DNA of 63,820 nucleotides, filler included, from Hyphochytrium catenoides (lineage: Eukaryota; Protista; Hyphochytriomycota), in NCBI GenBank assembly GCA_900088475.1. It is 5 parts of 5 records of this genome, joined end to end, with 100 filler letters (N's around TTAATTAATTAA, not from the genome) between each part and the next. Parts side by side here need not be neighbours in the genome. Positions count along the whole stretch, not along the records: positions 1 to 24,070 come from FLMG01004065.1; positions 24,171 to 47,044 come from FLMG01000097.1; 3 more parts are not named here. One strand, 5' to 3'. Position numbers and translations under genes: made by a program. Shown here one piece after another: positions 12,816-27,100 of the stretch (the first letter of the stretch is position 1; each line of letters begins with the position of its first letter). The notes beneath the pieces were generated by a model, which was given only the letters and a program-made list of their open reading frames with translations, was not told where the DNA came from and did not search any database.

Positions 12816-14137
12816 GGTAGAGCCAACCTCCTCTGCAGGCCCACATGGCTTGGAAATTGAAGGTGTTTTTTTGTTCGGGGCAAGGTGATAATGCTATTTA
12901 TAAGGGTAGGCTATGTGTGTCAGCCTGTCTATCAACGCAGAGTACTCTGCTCGGTGACTTGATGATCTATTTCTATCAGTTCCCTGGGTAAGCCCTTCCA
13001 GGCTTTTGCTCCTGCCATTATCTCGCTCAAAGTGGGGACAATGATTGCCTTGAGGCATCCCGGACTCTGACGGGGTGCGGTCCATGTGCCTATCCTACGC
13101 TACGCTCTAAACCCTAGATGGAATAGAATACGCGATCAGGATTGCTTTCATGGCCAACGGAAGCATCCCTGCGATAGCGTAATGGGTGCTCCTTGCATTT
13201 TCATGACAGATCAAGCTCAGTTCCGCCAATGCAACGAGGGCTCGTAGTGAAGTGCTGAGGAACTGTGGTGAGAGGTCAAAAGAGGTCCCCAATCTCCACA
13301 ACCTTTCATCAGCTCCCTCGCCATCCTCTCCACAGCACCAACGTTGCTGGGTTGTTGGGCAAGTGGTCCCACCATCAAATATTTATACATCCTTAGTCCT
13401 CATTATCATTCATCTTCTATAGCACGTCAGGCCGTAATAGTTCATACCGTACACTTGGTGGGGTCGTGGCCTTGCTCTATCAACTAATCTAACATCCTCT
13501 GCCCTTTGCGGCACCATCCGGCCGAAACATCTTTGACATCTCCGCGGTTGATCTGAGCTTCATCTTGTGCATCTGTCATCGCGGTCTGCGCGCTTCATTC
13601 ACTCTGTCTGGCGGCAACATGGACAACTTTGGCGCTTGAGACCGTATAATCGGTCTTCTTACACTTTCAGGCGAGTAGCCAAACTGTAATAGTACTAATA
13701 ACCACAATACAAGTTAACCCTTGCTAACGCGAAACAGTAAATTTCTTATGCCATGAGAGTGCTAAATTCGCTTTCGAAAGTTGGCCAACCCCATCATGAG
13801 ATTTTATAAAAAAGAAGTGGGAAATCAGTAAAAAGCTTCAAAAATCGATCTGCAGAGAAGCTCAAGAAATACGTTTTTCTGGAGAGCTCTGTGGCTTTGT
13901 ATCAACTTTACCCAGGCTAAACAGCAGTGGCTCGCCTCCCAAAGCAAATTGGATTAGTCGTTCCTCGTGCTTGTTTGTCCTCAGCGGTGTTAAGAGCTCT
14001 CCTGTCCACGCTTCTTACTCTGTTCTTGACCTCTACTAAAGGATCAAACTCAACAACCCAGAGACGTTCTACACGCCTCACGTGTGGCTCAGACAACTTT
14101 CCTTCAGGGCCAGTACTAGAGAAAGTGAACAACAAAC

Positions 14138-17100
14138 ATGAAGATTATAGAAAAGATCAACAAGAGTATAGAACAAGACCAGCCTTTCTATTCGTTTGAG
14201 TTCTTCCCGCCAAAGACCGAAGCCGGCGTGCAGAACCTCTTCCAGAGAATGGATCGTATGGCCGCTCTGGAGCCTCTCTTCTGTGACATCACTTGGGGAG
14301 CGGGCGGCAGCACCAGTAACTTGACGCTCCAGATAGCCAGCAACGCGCAGAAGTTTAGTGGGCTGGAGATGTTGATGCACTTGGTAACTTAACGTCTCTC
14401 TTCTCTCTTTCTCTCTCTCTCTCTCTCTCACTCACTCACTCACTCTTTCTCTCTCGCTTCCTCCTCTCTCTCTTTCCTTTTCGCGCCGTCTGTTCCTATC
14501 TCTCTTTATCTCTATCTGTTTCCCCCTCTTTCTCTGTCCTGACCTTTGGGCTCCTGCCATCATGTGGCCTTCTTTCCCACCTTTACCTATTTCCCCTCGA
14601 TCTCTGTGAGTTGTGGCCGTTCTGTAGTCTGGATGACTATGCGCGGCCTCTTCTCGTCCCAGAGGTGCCTTGCCCTCCTTCCCTTTGCAAACCTACCGTT
14701 GCGCTAGGTCCTCCTTTCCCCTGGGTTCTGAATATCTTCTGTTAGCTCTCTCCTTTGTTTTACACCTCCGGCCCCTCTTCGTCTGTCTCTTCTCTGTCTC
14801 ATCTACCCTTCTCTCTCTCTCTTAACAAACGCTACTCCTCTTTTCCTTCCCAACCCCACCTTTTCTCTCTTCTCTTTTCTCTCTGCCTGCCGTACAGACT
14901 TGTACGAATATGCCTGAGAGCAAGCTGAAGGAGGCACTGGACACTGCTAAGGCCGCCGATATCTCTAACATCCTAGCTCTTAGAGGCGATCCACCTAAAG
15001 GTGTCGGCAAGTGGGAGCAGGCAGCGGGAGGCTTTTCACATGCAATAGACCTTGTACGCTACATAAAGAGAGAGTATGGTGACTACTTCTGCATAGGTGT
15101 GGCGGGGCACCCTGAGAAACATGCTGAGGCTCCTACCATGGTAAGTAGGCTTAGGTTGAGCTCGTTGGCCCCTACGATTTCCATTCTGATGATGCAGCTC
15201 TCGCATGCTTTGTGTCTATACTGCGTTGGGCTATGGCCTCTGTGACTCTCAATGTCCCTTTACTTCTCATGATGCCACCGCAGCCTATCCAACGCTTACC
15301 TGTTTTCGCTCCTTTCAGGATGATGATATCCAGCACTTATTGGAGAAGGTAGAAGCAGGAGCAGACTTCATTATCTCCCAGCTGTTCTATGATCCTGAGG
15401 CATTCTTGGTCTGGGAGAGGAAATGCAGAGAAAGAGGCATCACCGTGCCCATCATCCCTGGTATCATGCCCATTCAGAACTACACCGGGTTTATCCGAAT
15501 GGTCAAGTTCGTTAAATGCCACGTGCCACAGGAGGTAAGATGGAGAAGATAGGGCCGAGAGACGATGGACTGAAAGATGGGCGTGAGACATCTTTAGAGT
15601 GCTGCTGTCCCTCCTCGTCCCATTTCTCGGCTCAGTCCTTATCTTTTTATCAGGTGACAGGTGTCCGAAGTTCAATCACCTTACGCCTTCTCCCCCTTAC
15701 CCTTCCCTTTTTCTACTTGTCTACCAGGTGTATGACGGACTGGAGCCTATAAAGGACAATGACGAGGCCGTCAAAGAGTTCGGGATCCAGTACGCCATCA
15801 GGATGTGCAGAAAACTGTTAGATGAGGGGAAGAGAGAGGGAAAAGAGGGAGTCAAAGGTGTACATTTCTATACTCTGAACCTAGAGAGAAGCGTGAGAAG
15901 AATTCTAGAGGGGCTACAGCTCTCACCAAAGGTAACTGGTCGTGGTGAGCTCTACCGTTTCCCGCTCGATACGTTGTTCTCTCCCTCTCCCTACTCGTGT
16001 TCTTGTCTCTTTCTCACTCTGCTGCACATCTCCGCTTACTCTCTCGCTACTCCACCTTAATCCCACCACTCTTTCTCTCTTGCCCTCTCCCGCTCCTCCT
16101 GTTGGCCCTTACTGTATTCCTGCACTTCTAACTGAATGAACGGGGCTCTCTTGCTATCCGCAGTCCAGTGTAAGAGAGTTGCCCTGGCGGCCTTCTACTC
16201 TTGCCAAGAGAGAAAAGGAGAACGTGCGACCCATCTTCTGGGCAAACAGACCTAAGAGCTATATGCGAAGAACAGACAGCTGGGATGAGTTTCCTAATGG
16301 TATGCCAGGAAATATAGGCCGAATTTGCTGGCGGAGACAGTGACAGAAGAGAGTGCGAGGGCCTGCTAGAGTGGCTCTTACCTTTAGGGACCGTATGGGA
16401 GGCTCTACACTACTACTTACCCTCTCCCTTGCGTTGGTCTATCTTCCTTCCATGTACCTGGGACTGAGCCCTTCCTGTCTGCCTCTTGTCTTCGATAGGC
16501 CGTTGGGGAGATAACCGTAGCCCTGCCTTTGGAGAGCTGACAGACTCACACTATGTCCACTTCAGTGCCGGTTCAGTAGAAGAGAGAAAGGTAAATTCAC
16601 ACTTTCTACAGCGAATGGCTTACAGCTGAGATGATCAAGGATATGGGCAGAGGAGAGACCAGAGGGCAGCCAGAAGCACATCAAAAGAAGTTGATAACAA
16701 TGTTCTGGTCACGAAGAGCGAGCCAGAGCAATCCGGCGGGGTTGTTCTATCTTCATTAGTAGTGGCGTGCCCAAGTCCTGCTATCTTTGTCTTGATTTGG
16801 TATAACTGTTTGCGTCCTCTTTAATGTCCGCTAGGCTATGTGGGGGGAGGCCCCAGTGACCCTTGATGATGTCTACGAAGTGTTTGCCTCATATGTGGCT
16901 GGTAAAGTGCCCCGTCTACCTTGGTGCGAGACGCAGCTGCAGCCTGAGACAGAGATCATAGCAGACAAGCTGCAGAAGCTGAATAGATCAGGGTAAGTGA
17001 TATTCGGCCGCCACCTCCCACTCTTTGTCTCGAGTTCCTAGCTGCTTTCCTTTTTGTCTTCAGGTCATCTGCTTCGCTTCTCGATTTCACTGGTCTCGCT

Positions 17101-18140
17101 CTCTGCCCTTCCTGATACATTATGTGCGCCGCATCCTGTTCTTTTCTTTTGCCCAGTCCAACGTTCTCCCTAGTCTAACTCCTAATCTTCTCCACAGTTT
17201 CCTTACAATTAACAGCCAACCGTCTGTTAACGCTGCACCCTCCGACCACGCGGCCTTCGGATGGGGTGGTCCTGGCGGCTACGTGTACCAGAAGGCTTAC
17301 GTCGAGTGCTTTGTCTCACCAGCAAATCTCAGGGTCCTGATGGATCAGCTAGAGAACCATCCTTCCATTAACTTCTGCGCTGTTGACCATGCAGGCCATA
17401 CATACTCCAACTATAATGGCAAGGTACGAAATCATCGACGCATGGAACGGCTGTGGCATAGGGAGATCTATCACGCTAGTAGCCTCCTTCCTTCGCTCCC
17501 TTGTCCCAGACTGTCCCTCCTCGCCTTCCTTTTTGCCCCTTCAGGGCCTATCGACAGCCCATTGCCCTCTGCGTCGTCAGGTACCATCTTTTGCTTTGCC
17601 TACGTGGCTTCACGGCCTCTAGTCTTTTGGTACTTCCGCGAGGATGCCCAGCCCCATCAGATTCGAAACCTGACAGTTTCCAATGGCTTGTATCCCCTTG
17701 ATTGCTCCTCTGAAGCGTGTGACGGCGGTTACCTGGGGCGTTTTCCCTAACAAGGAGATCCTGCAGCCTACTGTGATGGACATCGACTCCTTTCTCGCCT
17801 GGAAGGATGAAGCTTTCAACCTCTGGGTCACGCTGTGGGCGTCCGCATATGATGACGATAGCAAGGCAGCAGTAAGCGTTGCACTGACTGGCTTCCAGCC
17901 TTACCTTGCTGCCTCCTCCTGACCTCCTCTTTCCTTTACTATTGGATGAGAGGTAGCTCTGAAATCTGATCCCGTTCTGCTTCCTCTCTCTTCTGCGCAC
18001 GTTCTCTCTTCCAGGAGCTCATTCACTCCATCCACGACACCTTCTTTTTGGTGAGCATCGTGGATAACGACTTCATTCACGGAAATATTTGGAACGTGCT
18101 TGATGCGTGCGTTTCCGCGACAGCCAATGGTCACTCATAG
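14138..18140 (+). CDS. MTHFR: Methylenetetrahydrofolate reductase (eukaryotic type, catalytic plus C-terminal regulatory domain), 10 exons
   Basis: Exons 14138..14383, 14898..15140, 15319..15534, 15728..15931, 16164..16299, 16499..16590, 16835..16992, 17198..17423, 17716..17871, 18015..18140, all GT-AG and in phase. Motifs: [107 protein letters not shown]. Confidence 0.97.
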
Positions 18141-18526
18141 TGGCAAACGAGAAGATATGGCTTCGATTCAGCGTTTCGTCAAGAAGAGGCATCACATTAC
18201 TTAATTTCACGATGTAGATTGCGTACAAAACTCCACTCACTGTGAGAGAGAGAGATTGAACTCTGTCCTCCCATGTGTATCCACTGCCCCCTCTCTCTTT
18301 CTCTCTCTCTCTCTCTTTTCCTTTCCTGTTAGCTCTGGTGTCGTATTCTCTGCTGAGCTAAGAAAAGCCCTAAAGTGAATAACCATTCTTCACCGCAAAG
18401 AGGAACTATACGGGACAGGAGTGACCCCACATAGGAGAAGGAAAAAGCAAACGATAAAGAAGCCGTAGCGGCAATATCCCTAGAGAGAGGGGAGAGCTCT
18501 GGGAAAAAGTGATGGAATAGATTGCT

Positions 18527-20964
18527 TTAGACATCGTAGGACCAGCTATTTCTCTGTCTCCTGAAGTCACCGCGAGGCTGAGAGGCTTCTACTTTCTTCA
18601 TCCTTTGCTCTTGCTCTCTCTCTGCTAAAGTGCTCTGCTTCATCTGAAGGAACTCAACCTGCTTCTCTCTTTCTTCTCTCACCCGCTTATCCTGGATCTG
18701 CCGGTGCAAGGTGCCCTGCTGGGCCAGGAGCAGCTGAAAAGAGAATTTTATTAGCGAAAGAAGTATAGGAACAACTCCCCAGAAAGGTACCTGTTTTCGC
18801 ATGTGCTCTTCCTCCTTCTCTCTCCTGGCCAGAGCTTCCACCTGTCACGCGTAGAGAACAGAGCGAGAGAGAGGAGAAGAGAGAGGGAAGGGGCCAAGTG
18901 AGCCATAATGAAGATCGTGTGTCCATTGGAGAGGCTGGAGATAAGAAGAGAGAGACACAGAGAGATGATGATACGAAGGGCATGAAGGGAAGTCTCTGGC
19001 TTGATCTGGTGCTTCCCTGTGGTCAGCTGGCCATCTGTTGTTTACCTGTTGACGGATCTTCTCCGCTTCGTCTTTGTCCTCGACTCTCTCCTTCTTCTTC
19101 TCTTCTTGCTGACCTTGGAGTAGTTGCTGGTTTGAGTCCAAGACCTGGAAGAACACGGGTACGGTTCCGGAGACAGATAAGAGTAAGCAAGGCAGAGATC
19201 AAAGGACTGGCGCAACAGGGAGAAGCAGAAAGCTCAAGTCTCCATAGTGAGAGGGACCCATCACACATTCCAGAGAAAGAGACAGTTGCATGGGCTCAGG
19301 TGGCCGGCGCATCCTCATTGCACTCTATACATCTTGTCCGCTAATACTCTTTCCCCTCTTGACTCGACTCAACTCGTTAGCTCACTTTGTCCGATGGCTC
19401 CCCGGTCCTCTTCTGGTTGTGTTTCTAAGAGCCGGTCTCTTTGTATTTCTCTCACTCTCTCACACTACACCTCTGTGTCTGTCTGTCTGTCTCTCTCTCG
19501 CCCTTTCTCTTTCTCTCTCTCTTCCTCTCCCCTCCTTCTCTCTCTCTTTTTCTCTCCCTGCTTATTGTGTTACCCCTATCTTCTCTCAATCCTCTCTTCT
19601 TCTAGTGTCTCTTCTGCTATTTCTTCTTCGTAACAAGATTCCCAGAGGTGACTTCTCTCTTATTCTGCTTACCAGGTGTCGCAGCCGCTCTCTTGCTTCC
19701 ATTTCTCTCCTCTTTTCTTCCTCCTTTCTGCGCTGGTATTCCTCTTCGTACTGCTTCCTCATCTCCTCCGTAATGTGCTCATCTACTTTCTGCTTCTCCA
19801 TCTGCTTCCGAAGATACGCTTGGTACTCCGCTGCTTCTCTCTTCCTTTTCTCCTGATAGATGGGACACGAACATGAAATGACTGAAAAATAGGAAAGAAT
19901 AGAAGGCATGGGGATGAAGAGGAGATAGGAAAGGAGCAAGAAGGAGAAGATATCCCAGCCTGACAGATAGCGTCAAAGACAGAAAGAGAGAGAGACTAAT
20001 GCACTCAGAAGGTTGCACTCAGTTTCCTCTACCTTCTCCTCGAGTTCCTTTCTTTTGTCTGCCTCCTCGGCAGCCAGAGACGAGTTGAGGAGACAAAGTT
20101 CGAATTCTCCTTCTTTCTGTGCTTCCAAAGAGCGGCGAGATGCTCTGACAGTGTTAACCATCATCATCTCTCTTCTCCTTTCTCTCTCCTTCTCCTTCTC
20201 TCTTTCCTCCTCTTCCTTGCTCCATGTATTATACTGCTCCCATCGGCGCAGCTGATCTTCATCATCAACTGCCTGTTTCTCTTTCTCTGCTCTCTTTCTT
20301 AGCGCAGTTAGATGCACCTGACGCCCAGTCCAGCAAGAATAGATAGGAGAAAGAACGTCAGGAAACATAAAGAGAGATCTTTCCCGGACAATATGCAGAG
20401 AAAATGGGAGAAAGGGAATGGGAGCAGGAGGAAGAAAGTGAGAGAAGGAGGAAGCTGAAGAAGGATCATGCTCTTACCGCGATGCAAGAGCAAGAGAATC
20501 AAGAGAGAAAGAGAGAGAGAGAGAAAAGGGGAGCACGCAAAATACGCGCATTTAGAGAGGGGAGGGAGAGTCAGAGAGAAACGCACAGAGACAGACAGAC
20601 AAACTGGACAAAGACGGAGGAAAGAGAGGTGCGAGAGGAGGCAAACTCTGTAAGCAACAGACCTGCTGATCAATGACTTCCTTTACTTGCTTGGCCACTT
20701 GCTCCCTTTCTTCTTTTTCTTTTCTTTCTCTTTCACCTCTCTTCTCCACTGTCTGGAACTCCAGCTCTCCCATCTTCCTCTCAAAGTCCAGCTATCAGCG
20801 TGAGGGAGACAGAAAGAGTGTGTCGGCAAACGAGGAAAAAGAAGAAGCAGAAGCAAGATCTTGGGAAGACCTGAGGAACATTGACGAACCTGCCCAGCCA
20901 AAACGAAGGCTAAAGAAGCAGATAAAGCGGACCCAAAGAGGAACATGACACACAAAGGGTAGAC

Positions 20965-21001
<37 letters not shown>

Positions 21002-22771
21002 GGGAGGGACAGCATTGGCAGAGAAAGACAAGAGACAGAGAGAAGGAGAGAACAAGTAAATGAGAGACCCCACTGGCGGGACATAGCTGTAACACGTTAC
21101 CTCCGCTTTCCTTCTCCTTTCTTTCTCAGCGAGCTGCTCCGAGAGTTGTCCTAAAGCATTGCGAGCAATTCGCCGGGAATCGAGAGAGCGAACGCTATCG
21201 GACGACTCTCTACGAAGAGAGAGAACCGAAGAGAACGGAAGAGAGGGGGCATGGGATAGGAGGGAGAGGGTGTCATTTGAAAGGAAAAGGAGAGACAGCG
21301 AGAGGATGAAGAGTGACTATCGTGCTTCACGAAGGGACCGGGGGATGAAGGTAATGACATCGCACCTCTGCTGCTGGAAGAGTTTCTCTTCCACAAATCT
21401 TTTTCTCTCCGCTTCTCTCTTGGCTCGTAGCTCGTTGGCTCTGTCAATCATCCTACGGAAGGAGTACAGTCAGGAGCTATAGTTTCTCGGTATAGTTTCT
21501 TGCCCACAAAGAGAGAGAGAGACAGGCAGACAGACAGACAGACAGATTCATCTTTCTTCCTTTAATGATCCTTTGCAGGACGGGTTTTCCACATACTTCA
21601 TCTTCGCGTTCCAAATCGCGTATCCCCTCGCCCACTCTCTCCTCGGTCTTTACCGCTCTCTCTTTCTGCTACTTCTGCCCTGTGTTTCCTGTCTCTCTGT
21701 GTCCTCTTCTCTCTCCCTCTTTCTTCTCTCTCTAGGTTTCGTTCTATCTCTAACAACTAACAAGCTGGTTCCTTCTTTGTTATTCTACTTCTCAGATCCA
21801 GTCTCATACCTCTTCTTTCTCTCTTCCGCTGTCTCCACGTTTTGTTCCAATTGTTCCTTCCAAAGAGCCCAGTCATTGGCGTACAGCGCGGCTAATCTGA
21901 CGTGGGGAGATATGAGACAATGAAGACTGAGGAGCTGAAGAAGGTCTACGGAATAGAGAAATAGATAAGGACGAGAGGAAAGAGAGAAAGACCAGACGGA
22001 GAGAAGAGCGAGAAAGAGAGGGAGAGCGAGCAAGGCAACGAGAGGAAGAGAGAATGAGAGAGAGGAAGAGAAGCGGCGGCGACCGAGTGACCTATAATAG
22101 TGAAGGGATAATTGATGCGAGTATGAGTGAGAAAGAGGAAGAGAGTAGGGCCTAGCAAAGAGAGAAGAGAGACAACGTGAAAGAGAGAGATAGAGAGCCA
22201 GAACGGACAGTACCTTTGTCTTCTCTCATGGAGGAGGGCCATCTGCTGATTGTTCAGCTTCTTTCTCAGTCCCTCGATCTTCCTTCTTTGGAAGTCCTTC
22301 CCTGCTTTCTCTTCCCAGTTTGCCCTGTTTCCCATCTCTCTCATGTCATGGACTTTGGCAGCATAACTGGGACAACGACAGAGGAAAGAGAGTCGAAGAG
22401 AGAAGAGGAGAAGAGAGAGAAAAAGATGGTCAGACGGGACGTCGTGAGGATCTGACAAGGGCAAACCAGAAGAGATAGGACATGCTTCCGTTTGCCTGTA
22501 CATACTATGAAGTCCTTCTGCAGCTGGAGAAGGACGAGCACAGCAGAGAGAAAGAGAGACACAAGAGACACACACGGAGAGAGAGAGAGGGAGAGACAAA
22601 GAGAGGGAGCGCAGAATCCAGGCATTTTTATCTGGACGGACAACGGTACTGCCGATCGGATTGACGGAGATGAAGAGCTTACTTTGCAATCTGGTCTTCC
22701 TGCATCCTTCTCTTCTCAATGATCGCGCTCGCGCTGGCGCGACGGCCCTGGGAGGAGAACCCGAGAGCCAT
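18527..22771 (-). CDS. CFAP53: Cilia/flagella-associated protein 53-like (TPH/trichohyalin-type coiled coil), multi-exon
   Basis: ATG at 22771 (MALGFSSQGRRASASAIIEKRRMQEDQ). Spliced segments LLHERRQRLAALYANDWALWKEQL..ETAEERKKRMIDRANELRAKREAERKRFVEEKLFQQQRESSDSVRSLDSR follow the CFAP53/CCDC11 pattern. The C-terminus ends DFRRQRNSWSYDV*. Confidence 0.7.
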
Positions 22772-23219
22772 CTTGGCCTGTTCTTGGCTAAAAGATGCTC
22801 TCTCCTTCTTTCTCTTGTCTCTTCTCCTCCTCACTCTTTGCCCTGCTTGTCTCTATTTGTTAGTATCAAAGAGCTTCCTTCACTCCCTCTTCGGCAGAGC
22901 TTCTGCAGATTAGTTGGCGGAGCTCATCAAAACAATGCCTTGGCCCTGGGCTTAGAAACGCACCACGGAGAGGAAGGAAAAAGGAAGGAGAACGAAAAGC
23001 CTTGCCAGGTGTCGGTGCTGTTGCTGCTCCTTGGAATTGACAAGAAGAATAATACAAAGAACCTGACGCTGCATAGGTGCTTCTGCTTCATAGACCTGGA
23101 GAGACAGGAACGTCCTCTTCGGGAGAAGGGATTCCCAGACGAGGTGAGAAAGGCAATTGTGAGACAGGAGGAAGACAGAGAGTTGAGGAGTTGTTGGGGA
23201 GTTGTGAGGGAAAGTGAGA

Positions 23220-23326
23220 GGGGCCAAAGAGGAGAGAGAGAGAGAGAGAGCGAGAGAGAGCGAGAGAGCGAGCGAGAGAGCGAGAGCGAGAGAGAGAGAG
23301 AGCGAGAGAGAGAGAGCGAGAGAGAG

Positions 23327-23359
<33 letters not shown>

Positions 23360-23608
23360 ATACAGAGGAAAGAATGAGAGGAAGAGAATGAGGGAACTTC
23401 AAAAAGGCAGGGCAGTTTCACCTCCTTCAAGGGCCCACACCAGGGGGACTACCATCTTCTCTGCCCTGATAACCGATAAAATGGTCTCGTTGATAACTAG
23501 ATATACCGCTAACGGCTAGGATCTCGGCGGCATGGAGCTCAGGATCTGAAGAGGGAGCATCAGAAGCCAAACTGCAAGTGGAAGAAGAGACACAACCGCA
23601 GAGAATAC

Positions 23609-23676
<68 letters not shown>

Positions 23677-23750
23677 GAAAGAGAGAAAGAGAGAGAGGAA
23701 AAGAGAGAGAGAGAGAGAATAAGGGAAGGGAGGGAGAGAAAAGAGAAGAC
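23220..23750. repeat. (AG)n microsatellite tracts
   Basis: Long AG runs at about 23230-23358 and 23612-23748 on the + strand. Confidence 0.9.
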
Positions 23751-24070
23751 CATCGTGCAGCAAGAGTGAGAGAGAAATAACACTCAGAGGATAAGCAGGT
23801 GATGCGGTAAAAGAGACTGCGAGTGCCTCGATCTGCCGACTCCATTCTAGAGAGACGAGGCCAGACAACAGCTAAAGATCGCGAGAGATAGTTTCCAGAG
23901 GTAAATAATCCGAGGAGGCTGAAGCAACCGAACGGCGGAGAAGAGATTGAGTCATCCGGACATTCCATCGCCATCTCATTCTGACTTTTAAGGTAAGCGC
24001 AGCGCCGGGCGAGGGAGCAGGGAGAAGGAAGCGAGGACGATACCCGTATCCGCAACAAACGAGAAACAAA

Positions 24071-24170
24071 NNNNNNNNNNNNNNNNNNNNNNNNNNNNNN
24101 NNNNNNNNNNNNNNTTAATTAATTAANNNNNNNNNNNNNNNNNNNNNNNNNNNNNNNNNNNNNNNNNNNN
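24071..24170. other. Artificial contig-join linker (N44-TTAATTAATTAA-N44)
   Basis: Exactly 100 nt; the 12-mer places stop codons in all six frames; the same structure occurs four times. Confidence 0.97.
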
Positions 24171-27100
24171 AAGAGTCACCCTTTCGTGTTGCAGCTCTCG
24201 CGCAGTCAATCTCTGCATCCTTGGGTTGGCCTTGTCAATCTTGGGACTGTCGAGCCATCGAGGACGGCTTCAGAGCTTGTTAATAAGGGAGGGCCCGGTG
24301 ACTCTGGTTATTGGTACTGTTCACCTAGAGATCCTCCAGCTGTTGAAGAGTGGCGATGGCTTCAGACCTTGGTGTTAGGGCCAGTGCCAATGGCTCTGTG
24401 TTGGTTGTACTGCGGGCTGCCAAATGTTTGTGCTTTGTTTTGTTCTGCTTTGATTCCTCGATGGGAAAATGGAAAGTGAGGTCTGACTGTCGAGGCGGGG
24501 CCAAGTGAACAGGAGGCATGCTTTCAAAGTGCGACGTCTCCGCATCCTTTCCATTCGCTTGCAAAGGAGAGAAAGATGAGAGAGATCAAGAGAGATTAGG
24601 GGAAGATGGTTTGGAAAGACGGGAGACATAACAAGACTATAGAGTAAGAGACAGAGAGGTAGCGCACTAAAGGGTAGTGGTGAGCAGTATAGCTTGGGCC
24701 TTGCTGACTTCTGTGGAGATTTCTTCTTGCGTCGTAGTAAGGACCTTAAGCCTATAGGGCTCACCAAGCTGCTTAACAGATGCGGCGCTTCCTGAGAGAC
24801 AACAATAATGCTAGTTATAAGGGATGTGGAAAGGAAAAAAAGATGCCATTTCGTTGCCGAATTCCCTCATCTTCTCGCTCCGTTCATTGCCTTCCAACTC
24901 TCTCGCTTCTCCCAGTAGTACTACTTGGAATAACAGCAAGCAAGAGTGGCTTAGGTTTAGCTCCCGACGACGGTAAATCTATGCTTTCCCGGTAGCCCTT
25001 GATAACTAGGAAACGAATCCCACAGAGAGAGAGTCGGATACGCAAAGGGAGGTATGGAAGGAGTATCTTGGTCGCTAGGTAGCATGATGTAGAGCTGTCG
25101 GAACGGTAGTGATGGACGTAGTAGTAGCAGTATAAAGGATTGTCTGGCACGTAAGCGTACCGAGACGCTCTGATAGCTTGCTCTCAGGATGCTAGTAATG
25201 GGCGCAGGCAGATCAGTCGGTGCTGCAACGGCCATCGGTTGGAGATATATCTTCCTTGCCCTGCTGGGATCCAAGATGTTTATACCCTATGCGGATGAGA
25301 AGAGAGATAAGGACCTAATAATAACGGGAGATGACAGAGATGGAGCGAGAGAAGTCTCCTGCCTCACTGTTTTTCTTGTGAAACTAGAAGCCCATAATAA
25401 TAGCAGCAGTTAGTCCAGACCGAACAGAAAGAGCGACTATAAACGAGGGAGTGGTGAGAGAAGCGGAGAGTTAAAGGGATGGCACGAGAGAGAGAGAGAG
25501 AGGAGAAAGGGCGGCAGAGAACAAGGCCAGCGGAAGAGGAGGAGAGAGGATACAGGTCAGGGAGGAAAGTGGTGTGCGCAAAGAACAGACAAGATCTTGT
25601 CTGCCTTCGCCGTCCCTTCCTCCCTCCTCCCTCCCCTCCTTCTCCCTGCTCTCTTAGCCCCATCCCGCACTGGACTAACAACGACGACGAACAGGAACAG
25701 ATCCACAGTCCTGCAGTACTGTTTTACAGAACCGGCGCCGCACAGACTGTCGCCCGGAGTAGTAATACCGTCGTCTAGAGGTAGGTGTAGACCCTTGTGA
25801 ACTAGTAATAGTGCCCAATAGAGGGAAGGCTTTACCTACCCACCCCTCGCTCGTCTTAGACACCTTCGCCGGACCCACCCACCAGCCCTGGCGGCAAGGG
25901 GTGGGTGGGGTCTAGCTGCCATCATATCTCTTCCGTGGCCTGTCATGCACAATCTTCCACCCATCAGCAGTTAGCCTGACAGCAGTATTCTCAGCGACGG
26001 CGGCTGCGGAGGAGCGAGGAAGGGAAGAAGAAGAGGAAGCAAGATAGCCTATCGTCAAGAGATGAGAACCGGAGGAGGCGGCACGTGGAGGTGAGAGTGA
26101 CGCTTCGTCTCAAGCAACAACGTGCACTCACCAATCCTGGCCAACAAGGCCTGCACTTTATGGCTCAGTCATCTGCCGTAGGGTGATGATGAAGCTTCAT
26201 CTCTTCTCTAATACGGGATGCTCCTCTTCCTCTGTCAGCTACTTCATCTTCTTCTCCTCGTGGCCCGCTGCTGCTTACCGAGCACTGCCGCTGACCTGTT
26301 AGCAGTACTTCATCGTGAAAAGGTCAAAGTTGTGGAGGCGGCGTGATAGACGGATAAAGCTCTTCTGGGAGTTGTCACATCATCGTGCTTCGAGCACTAC
26401 CCTTCAAATGAGAAATAGCCTATCAGCTCGCCGAAATAGTACATCCTAAGGTCTAGTCATGATGACCACCCCCCTCTGGAAGAGAAAGCTACCAAGACAA
26501 GATTGTCACCAGATATTTTTGATTGTTGTGCCATCCTGTTGTTTATAAAAGTTAAGACGAAAGGTCGACTGTCTTAGAAGAAATGGAGCCGACGCATTAT
26601 CCACGTGGTCATGGCATGGGATGGCCTAACACGTTGAACAATCTTCACTACTTACTGACGTGACCTGAATCGGCGGCTTCTTCTTCACAGCATTGCGTCC
26701 CTTGGTCATCCGAAGAAATATCTTAAGTGATGAACATAATGAACTACAAGTTGCTGGAAGGATTTGATGTCCTAACCCGCCCTCAATATTGCAGCCAGCA
26801 TGGTGCCATGACCGGCATTAGCCGCTGACATGATGGAGGCTCGTTGTCCTTCTTCTACGGGGGACACAATTAGCCCCCATATATATGAAGACGTTTCCCC
26901 ATTCTGCGAGGATGCGACAGAATCCGTGCTAAACTTTAGCAGCCATTGACTGGTTGAGAAAGCATAGTTAGGGCATAGTTCCGTACGAATATTTGATGCT
27001 TTCATGAGCTAAAAGATGCCCATGTCATCAAAGTTTGCTTAATCGACTCCTGCTGCTGAATTCACTCCTGCAGAAGAAGACATCGCGGTAGATATAATAG

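Noticed and set aside
3828-18140. Functional clustering of RIT1 (initiator tRNA-Met modification) with MTHFR (methionine/one-carbon metabolism)
   Set aside because: They are separated by an unrelated gene and there is no evidence of co-regulation; such adjacency in a compact eukaryotic genome is likely chance.
22900-24070. Possible exons at the end of contig 1 (e.g. YLVINETILSVIRAEKMVVPLVWALEG)
   Set aside because: No consistent spliced model or family match; truncated by the contig end.
24115-24126. Palindromic TTAATTAATTAA recurring four times (also 47089, 58572, 62576), resembling a piggyBac TTAA target or a regulatory repeat
   Set aside because: It is always centred in exactly 44+44 Ns, so it is an artificial six-frame-stop scaffold linker. 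Gene adjacency across it has no biological meaning.
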